From Syntrophales bacterium (lineage in GTDB: Bacteria; Desulfobacterota; Syntrophia; Syntrophales; UBA2210), in NCBI GenBank assembly GCA_963666365.2, contig CAXXNF010000002.1, positions 2,240,001 to 2,304,000 on the forward strand: 64,000 nucleotides of DNA, read 5' to 3'. The notes below the pieces were generated by a model, which was not told where the DNA came from, did not search any database, and worked only from the letters and a program-made list of their open reading frames with translations. A program made the position numbers and the translations under genes. Positions 27,001 to 34,900 of the stretch are shown piece by piece (the first letter of the stretch is position 1; each line of letters opens with the position of its first letter).

Positions 27001-28437
27001 AACAACGACAGCCACATCTACTGGACCCGGTGGAACGGCACAGGCTGGAACGATCCCCAGGCCCTGGCCACGGGAGGCACCGCCACGAAGCTCTCCCCCT
27101 CCGTCGCCTTTTCGCCCGGCGGGACAGCCCTGGCCGTATGGACGGAAAAGGAGGTGTCCCAGGGGGCGACGATGCACCGCCTGAAGTACGCCGTCTATGC
27201 CGACGGCGGCTGGTCGTCGCCGGAGGTGATCACGGAGAGTCCCCGGTTCATCGAGGACCCGAAGGCCGTGGTGGACGCTGCGGGAACCGCCACAGTTATC
27301 TGGCGGGCCTACGCGGGGAGATCGAAGGGAGGAGGGGCGCTCTTCTCCAGTACGGGACAGATGCCCGCTCCGTCCTGGTCGGAACCGAAGCAGATCACCC
27401 ACGACGACACCCTGCAGTGGCAGGCCGACGCGGCGCTGGACGAGAACAACAAGGTCTATACCGTGTGGAGCGCCTACGACGCTTCGTCGGGCATCGCAAG
27501 CACCGGCACGGGCTTCGGAAGCGGCGTCAACGTGGCGCAGGAGAGTCCGAACTCGGCGGCACTGACGGGCGTCTACGCCGATGCGGGGGTCGATGCCGAC
27601 AGCAACGGCATATACGAATCGCTGGCGGTCTCCCTGGGGGTGAACATCCTTGTAGCGGGAGACTACGAGGTCCGGGGCGATCTGTACAAGGGGGATCAAT
27701 TCATCCTCTCCGCCCTGACGGCAGAAGACGGTCTCGACACGGGGACACACACATTCGTCCTTTCCTTCCCCGGCGGCATTCTCTCCGACCGCGGGCTCGA
27801 CGGCCCCTACGCCCTGAAACAGGTGGTGGTCATGGACCGGAGTGATTCACCGGTGCAGACGGCCTTCGCCGCGGCACCCCACACGACGGCGGCCTACCTG
27901 GCATCGCAGTTCGTCCAGGGCCCCCTGGCGCTGGACAAGTCCTCCTATCTGGGAACAGGGGAAACGGCGCTGATCACCGTGACCGATGCACTGGCAAACA
28001 CCAGCGCCGACTCGGTGCAGACTATCGCCGTAGAGGTGGCGAGCACCCGCGATTACGAAGGGTTTATGCTTGGGCTGGTCGAAACGGGACCGGACACGGG
28101 TGTTTTCCGGGGGACGCTCGGTTTCAGCCTGCTCTCAAGCTCCTCGGAACTTGAGCGGCTCCTCGTGGCCGATCACGACCTTATTCAGGTGATCTATGAA
28201 GATCCGAACCGCGACTACCGCTTTATCGAAAGAGCCCTCTGGACAGCGGTAGGCGCCGGCGACGTCAACAGCGACGGGCAGGTTACCCTGACGGATGCCA
28301 TCGTGACCCTTCAGTGCGCCGCTCATATGACCACGGAGACCGCCATTATCACAAAGGACGCCGATGTTGACGGCGATGAAAGAATCGGTATGGCGGAAAT
28401 CCTCTATATTCTTCAACGGACAGCCGGTCTCCGCTGA
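24052..28437 (+). CDS. Large secreted protein, copy 2: different variable head, same constant stalk and dockerin-like C-terminus
   Basis: Paralog of 18148-22533, same length (1461 aa); signal peptide ending AFA; AAGGAG RBS. Confidence 0.85.
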   Translation: MTRSAHVFFYAILFLILLCPHAFALNCGYHILLEHEGVEYTFGSGSSSYYGDHCCWQQWFSYGTDGYRNYSMGVNRGGLGMDLDAWFVSIIDNAWLDTSCQRNYDYFQGPAATDASDPTGSYTLKEFTDDWGACGGRTITVRIVPLDVNVEVEPEEAGTVAITPSKDGYCIGDEIEAEALPGTDWVFYRWTSPTYSYSNPLSYTLYSYGTTFRATFKDSQLRIEEGNRNPSEGYFNPYGGEYQILANHFKITNKVDQDATFSELSFTITGDLSLLAGATLIGDEGCTGTGTEIATTANLSGDTVTFTGLSETVPGGTERCYGLLLSFKTGVTIPFRKEYRVSISRDQVQAKVSGSSADISGDTVTGAVCSAGPKITLTATYDGNGTGDSRIGTFLGGIEALNTLTAHIDMVPENFATVERVVFDINDVVREGAKVEESADYEAVYNMGDFQQTVPLTVTAHLNMNGTALQAQESYTLKALPMPGWFEVVAGISESFTKEFDTEETAYKVGFTYPTNFIWSDYVPSSVGLLGGLNNDLGIEFTANAVYRIDETSTFGATIKGQPVILGHEFGLEGGLSGDFDQNFAFQRGNGTLRASFAFDLPEKGYSKTFLIYGVPVTAAVDLSGNVEIFIRGSAVLNRQLEFEEITVAPGTTVTGNVTISLSAVFGLAKIAATGSPTATVEIELRYTTASGTTTTWRGEIVVPITVVGSIFWGLGSAELYSTELGPWTFPSGGAAPQAFRPLGEIEGPAVPRLLSTSALAIDGSGRRMTLWIDDRTPAAPAPDPDVFYRYYDGSAWSGSAPLIGTAQTNLEWETDPAVVFLNGGAALAAWTANKGDKSLNDLNDILAHQDIAFALWNGEAWTTPAKVIDDDEADGTVRLAYDGSNQKALAVWVHNADAGKNAMSRTAWKLMYALFDPAANEGAGAFAVPADVPGTATGTADQMPAIAADGAGTVLLLWARDDDGEFYRELSGVTNGTNVDYENNDSHIYWTRWNGTGWNDPQALATGGTATKLSPSVAFSPGGTALAVWTEKEVSQGATMHRLKYAVYADGGWSSPEVITESPRFIEDPKAVVDAAGTATVIWRAYAGRSKGGGALFSSTGQMPAPSWSEPKQITHDDTLQWQADAALDENNKVYTVWSAYDASSGIASTGTGFGSGVNVAQESPNSAALTGVYADAGVDADSNGIYESLAVSLGVNILVAGDYEVRGDLYKGDQFILSALTAEDGLDTGTHTFVLSFPGGILSDRGLDGPYALKQVVVMDRSDSPVQTAFAAAPHTTAAYLASQFVQGPLALDKSSYLGTGETALITVTDALANTSADSVQTIAVEVASTRDYEGFMLGLVETGPDTGVFRGTLGFSLLSSSSELERLLVADHDLIQVIYEDPNRDYRFIERALWTAVGAGDVNSDGQVTLTDAIVTLQCAAHMTTETAIITKDADVDGDERIGMAEILYILQRTAGLR
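25120..28437 (+). repeat. 3.3 kb direct repeat, copy 2
   Basis: Matches 19216-22533; identity stops exactly at the TGA stop codon. Confidence 0.97.
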
Positions 28438-28488
28438 ATCGACACCGCGACGCACATTGATGACCAGGCAAAAAATCATTTCCCCACA

Positions 28489-28541
28489 GAGGAGGGGATA
28501 AAGGTGAGGAGGAACTTTTCATCCTCACCCCACCCCTCTCA
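28489..28541. repeat. Degenerate REP-like palindrome
   Basis: gaggagggg...ggtgagga / tcctcacc...cccctctc; related to 5584-5626. Confidence 0.5.
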
Positions 28542-28610
28542 CATCAGAGGCTGCGTAGTCCCGTCTAATGGCAAGAGTATCACGACCGAAGCAATCGTTG
28601 GCGCCCCCTT

Positions 28611-28698
28611 TGTCTTTGCGAGAAGCGTAGCGAAGAAGCAATCTCATGGTTTGAAATGATGAGATTGCCACGCTCCCTTGCGGTCGCTCGCAATGACA
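28611..28698. repeat. REP-like palindromic element (GTCATTGCGAG...GCAATCT...AGATTGC...CTCGCAATGAC type)
   Basis: Outer arms tgtctttgcgag/ctcgcaatgaca; inner perfect 10-bp stem gcaatctcat/atgagattgc. Confidence 0.7.
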
Positions 28699-28752
28699 GG
28701 CCAAAAGGACCAAATAGACCAGACAGACTAGATAGACCAAAATGACCAGACA
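28699..28752. repeat. Degenerate 9-bp tandem repeat, 6 units
   Basis: ggccaaaag gaccaaata gaccagaca gactagata gaccaaaat gaccagaca. Confidence 0.8.
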
Positions 28753-28945
28753 ATTTTGTTCACCGTTATTTTCCACGGCATTTTTTTCGATTGACAGAAA
28801 ATACAATACCGGAGATAGTAATTTATTCCAATGGCGCCGAATCGCCTTCCACAGCCAACACGTTAAAAGATCTCAGAGGTCACACATTCGCATCCGGCGT
28901 GAACCGGGCACTTTAAAAAATTTCCTATGATGCAGGGAGGTTTTT

Positions 28946-31900
28946 ATGAGGGATAATATGATAATTCGATTGGCAACGTCCTTTTTGGTTATTTTCATTC
29001 TTATTGTCACATCTTCCCACCCTACCCATGCCTGGGTTATCGAGCGTGTAAGTCTCGGCAATTCAGGACAGGAAACCGCAAAATACGACGGTTCCGGTGA
29101 TATCGGCATCACATCGCTTTCCTACGACGGCAGGTTTGTCTGTTTCCCTTCGGAAGGAACGGCCCTGGTTGATGGCGATACGAACGATAAACGGGATATT
29201 TTCGTGCGGGACCGCACACGGGGAACCACGGTGCGGGTCAATGTGAGTACCGAAGGCGACCAGATCCTCGACTACAGTTCCTATGATGCGGTGATCTCGG
29301 GAGATGGACGGTTTGTGGTCTTCGACTCCCAGACATCGAATCTTGTTACAGGAACCACACCGAAGAAAATGAATATCTACCGTCATGAAATGGCAACCGG
29401 CGAGACCGTGCTGCTTACCAAGGGACACGACGGCTCTGCGGCCGACGATTCTTCCGCATGGAACAGCTATATGGACGCGTCCTACGACGGCCGCTTCGTG
29501 GTGTTCCCCTCCTTTGCCACCAATCTGGTTGTCGGAGACACAAACGCGAAAACCGATATCTTCGTTCATGACTGCCAGACGGGCACCACTTCCATGGTCA
29601 GCAGATCAGCCGACGGAGGACTGCCCGACAACAGCAGCAACGATCCCGCCATCTCAGGCGATGGCCGCTATGTGGTCTTCTCCTCCACGGCGACAAACCT
29701 GGTGGCAGACCTTTCGATCAGCAGCGAACAAGTGTACCGTTACGACAGAGAAGCGGGCACGACAGTTCTCGTTTCCGTAGCATCCGACGGAACAGGTGCG
29801 AATAAGACCTGTGAATATCCCGACATTTCACACGACGGCCGCTATGTGGTATTCCAAAGTGCCGCCACCAATCTGACCGGCGAGGTGTCCGCCGACAATA
29901 CGCTGACCCATATATATCTGCGGGATGTGGTCTCGGGTGTCACTCTACTGATAAGCAAAAACGGCGACGGCGTTCTCGGCGACAATAACAGCGGCGGTTA
30001 TAACGCCGCCCCCAAGATTTCTCCCGACGGCCGTTTTGTCATTTTCGCGTCGCAGGCGCAGAACCTCATCACCGACGGCACACCTATCAATGACTACAGG
30101 AATGCCTTCGTCTATGACAGGGAAGAAAAGACTCTCGACGTGCTCAACCGAACACCCTCGGGGGAGATCCCCAACGGATTCAGTTACGCCTGGGCTTCTT
30201 CAGAGGAAGGTAAGGTCATTGCCTTTGTTTCAGGGGCATCGAATTTGGTAACGGGCGACACCAATAGTGCAGAGGACGTCTTCGTCGCCCTCAGAACCGG
30301 CGACGGATGGTCCATAAACTCCACTTCTCAGATCGGCGGATGGCGAAATGACGCAGCCGTTTCGGGCAGCATCGCCGCCGTGGCGGAAGGAAAGGGTGTC
30401 ACCCTCTACAGCATTAGCGGCAGCACACTTCAGAGGCTCTCCTGCGTGTCCCTTCCCATAGAACCCACCGCTATCGCCATCGACGGCACGAAACTCTATG
30501 CCGCATCGGGCCCCTGGGAAGAACATCCTATTTTTGTCGTGGCCGATATCAGCGATACGTCGGCACCGGCAATTCTCGGCACCTGCGAGGACGGATGTCC
30601 CTACGACGGCGTCATGGTGGCGAAAGGAAACTATGTCTATCATTCCGCCTCTGAAGAGGGAGGGGATAAAACCGCTATCGGCGTCGTAGACGTAAGCAAT
30701 CCCGCATCGCCCGTCGTCCTGGACTTCCTGAATCTCGGCGAGGGGGTGGTCGCCCAGGCCTTTGACATTAAAGACTCTTTCCTCTACGTACAGGGAGTTC
30801 AGAATGCACCTATCTTCCTCGTCTATGACCTCTCGAATCCCCTTGTTCCGGCACAAACGGGCGCACTCGCCGTAGGAAGCGGTGAAACGAGCGAGGCACT
30901 TCACGCTGAGGGCAATTACGTGTACAGCGCCGTCGGCAGCAACGGGGTCCGGATCGTCGATGTCTCCACGCCGTCGTCGCCTAGCCCGCGAAACCTATTC
31001 ACCATTGAAGGAACGGCACAGGACGTCTATGCAGAAGGGAACATCCTCTATGTGGCAGGCGGAAACGGCGGGCTGATCGCGTTTAACGTAACCGATCCGG
31101 TCAGTCCCGTCAATCTGGGAAGCGTGGCCCCCGGCGATCAACCCTTCCGCGTGGATGGTTCCAGCGGAGGGGTGGTAGCTCTCTTTCAGGAGGGCGACTT
31201 TGCGATCCGCACCATCGGCTTCTCCGGCGGGGCTCCCGTTGCCCTGGGAGAGGCGGCAAGCCCCATGATGACAAATGATGTGCTGGCATCGGGCAATTAC
31301 CTTTACACAGGCGCGGAAGGGCTGCTCATTTATGATATGCAGGACCCGGGAACACCGCAAGTCTTAAGCGCAGACAGCGCCTGGACACATTTCGTCCCCC
31401 TGGCGGCGACGGCTACGCAGCTTGTCGGCTTTTCGTCTGCAGCCGATAGCTGGCAGAAAACAATTTTCTCAATTATAGGCATTACCGATCCGGCACATCC
31501 TACGTCCGTGGGAAGCTATACTTCACCAGGGGCTTACAACACAGGAGTCGTCTCCGGAACAAAGGCCTTTCTCCTTTTCAGTGCCGCCGGTGCCGGTGCC
31601 GACATCATCGATTTTTCAAACCCTGCTTCTCCAACAAAGGCCGGCACTATTCCCTTCGAAAGCAACTCACAGCATGATATTGCTGCCTCCGGTTCTATCG
31701 TCTGCCTCGCCGGCCAGACTTCGGAAGGAAATCGCGTCCACATATTTGATGTTTCATCTCCTCAGACACCGGAACTAAAATCATCGCTGACACCGCCGGG
31801 AAGCAGTATTCGTCTCGCCATGGCGGGAACAATCCTTTTCGTGTCATCCAATGTGAATACAGTAAACTACCTGGAGGCCTTTGATCTCACCGATCCGGCT

Positions 31901-34900
31901 GTACCACAACGGGCCGGCGCAATTCAGGACGAAAAGGCAGCCTACGACCTCCAGATTTTGAATGAAGAAGATCAGGATGTGATCATCCTGCAGGCAAAGC
32001 CCGGCGGCAGCGTTCACACGTACGGCTATACGCCGTCCTCCGGATTGCTGTATCCGGGACCGGTTTGCCCGTCGCCCTTCTCTCAAACGGTAACTGTTTC
32101 CCCGACACCGAACAGTACAGGAAGCTACACTGTGGTCACTTCCGATGCGTCTTATGGAACCTATGGACAGGAAGTTACTCGCACGCCCACCACTTGCTGC
32201 CTGACGACAGGAGTAAGCCCCGCCGAGGCGGCTGCCGACGGGTGCAAGGCCGAGCCGACCCGGGTAGATCCCGTCGAATGCGGGGGCTCGGTAGAGGTAA
32301 CAGCAATTCCCGCCGACCCCTGGGTCTTTAAAGAATGGACTGGCGCCGCATCAGGAACGAATCCCGTTACCGACGCGACAGTAACGGGAAAGTGCTCCGA
32401 GGCCATTGCCGTCTTCTGGAAACCCACGCTGACCCTGGGCACAGGCCCTTTGAATCCCAGTTATGTAACCGAATTTTACGGTATTGCCGGAGAATTCGAT
32501 TATGCGAACGGCAGAACTGATGTCGTGGCCAATCATATTACCCTGTCAGCCAACGAAGTGGATGACTGGCTCGTCAAGGGCCTCACCTACCACACCTCAG
32601 GCGCAGGCAATGAGAAAGAAGATATCGCCGAGGCACGGCTGTACTTGACCAATGTAGGCGGCACACTCCTCGGAAAGGGAACCTTCACTGCCGACAATGG
32701 GAATATCTCCTTCAGTTTTAATGTCACCGTTCCCAAAGCTTCTTCCGTTTCCATGGTCCTGGTCTATGACTACAAACCGGAACGTGCCTGGCCCTGCAAC
32801 GATTACAGGACAAAAATCGATATGGGCGACGTCACCGCCATACCCGTTACCTATCCGCCGGGCCAGAAGCTGCCTGTTCCACCCAACGGCGCCGTCCATG
32901 GGGCCGTCAGCGTCAAGGCGGGCGACATAGTCAAAATAGACGGTGACCGGCAGTACGGGGAGGCGGAAGACCCGCAGACAAACAATCCGCTGGAGAAACC
33001 CCTTAAATGCCGCCTGCAATGGCAACATCCGCAGAGTATCAACTTCATAAGCTACGATATAATGGCGCCCCAGAACGGCGCATTTCTGAGCGGCGCTCAG
33101 GGCACGGTACACGTTGAAAAACAGCCCACGGCCGATGGCTATGTAGAAGAAACAATGACCCTTGGGAATAAAAAAGGTCAGCAGAATCCATACCTCGTTC
33201 AGATGGGTATGTCCCAGAAGGGAGCTGCCTGTTACAGTTCTTGGGCACCGCCCGTTTTCACCGCCTGGGGACTGGGCCTTGACCTGGGCACCACATCCCA
33301 GTATGACAATCCTGCAAACGGCGACACCTTCGGCACCTTTTTGAGCAACATCCAGGCGGAAAATAAATTCACCCTCACCATCGACATGGCGCCGCCCGAT
33401 TATGCCGAGGTGGAGGAAGTGCTTTTTACCATGGGGGGCCAGACGGTCACAGGAACAGTGGTGACGCAAAACAGGGTCTACGAGGCGATCTTCGATATGG
33501 CCGCCTTCAATGCCCCTCAAACGCTGACCATCACCGTAAGAATGATAAAGGACGGACAGCATATAGAACAGACCGCCGAATACCACGTAAAATCCCTTGC
33601 GCTTCCCTCCTGGGTCAACAGTATAAACGCGATCTGCCACTCTGAATCTTTCACAAAGGAGTTCAGCGGCGACGACGGCGGGGCTTACACACTCACATTC
33701 AACTATCCCACCAATTTTGCCTGGAGCGACTACGTGCCCAGCAGCGTGGGGCTTCTGGGCGGTCTGAACAACGACCTGGACATCGAGTTTACCGCCAATG
33801 CCATCTATCGTATCGACGAAACGAGCACCTTCGGCGCCGCGATCAAAGGGCAGCCCGTCATCCTGGGCCATGAATTCGGGCTGGAAGGGGGACTCTCGGG
33901 GGATTTCGACCAGAACTTCGCCTTTCAGCGGGGCAACGGCACACTGCGGGCCAGTTTCGCCTTCGATCTGCCCGAGAAAGGGTACTCGAAGACATTCCTC
34001 ATCTACGGCGTCCCGGTGACGGCGGCGGTGGATCTGAGCGGCAACGTGGAGATTTTCATCCGGGGAAGCGCCGTTCTGAACCGCCAGCTCGAGTTCGAGG
34101 AGATCACCGTGGCCCCGGGTACCACGGTCACGGGGAACGTGACTATTTCGCTTTCTGCTGTCTTCGGCCTGGCAAAAATCGCCGCCACGGGGTCCCCCAC
34201 GGCCACTGTGGAAATCGAGCTGCGCTACACCACGGCCTCAGGCACCACCACGACATGGCGCGGCGAGATTGTCGTTCCCATCACGGTGGTGGGCTCCATC
34301 TTCTGGGGACTGGGGAGCGCGGAGCTCTACTCGACCGAGCTGGGCCCCTGGACCTTCCCCTCGGGCGGCGCTGCACCCCAGGCCTTCAGACCTTTGGGTG
34401 AGATTGAAGGACCGGCAGTGCCGCGACTGCTGTCCACCTCGGCCCTCGCCATCGATGGAAGCGGCCGACGGATGACCCTCTGGATCGACGACAGGACACC
34501 GGCGGCGCCCGCCCCCGATCCGGACGTCTTTTACCGCTACTACGACGGCAGCGCCTGGTCCGGCTCGGCACCGCTCATCGGCACCGCGCAGACCAACCTG
34601 GAGTGGGAAACGGACCCGGCGGTGGTCTTCCTGAACGGCGGCGCCGCCCTGGCGGCATGGACGGCCAACAAGGGGGACAAGTCCCTCAACGACCTCAATG
34701 ACATCCTGGCCCATCAGGACATCGCCTTCGCCCTCTGGAACGGCGAAGCATGGACCACGCCGGCGAAAGTCATCGACGATGACGAGGCGGACGGCACGGT
34801 GCGCCTGGCCTACGACGGCTCAAATCAGAAGGCGCTCGCCGTGTGGGTCCACAACGCCGACGCGGGGAAGAATGCGATGAGCAGAACGGCCTGGAAACTG

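Noticed and set aside
28699..28752. CRISPR array
   Set aside because: Units are 9 bp and abut each other, with no spacers and no cas genes.
28525..28806. 93 aa hydrophobic minus-strand ORF
   Set aside because: Translation of the 9-bp tandem repeat and the palindromic element, not a credible protein.
32597..33871. 424 aa antisense ORF (and related 18964-19851, 25108-25755)
   Set aside because: Lies fully opposite a well-supported CDS; no recognisable domain.
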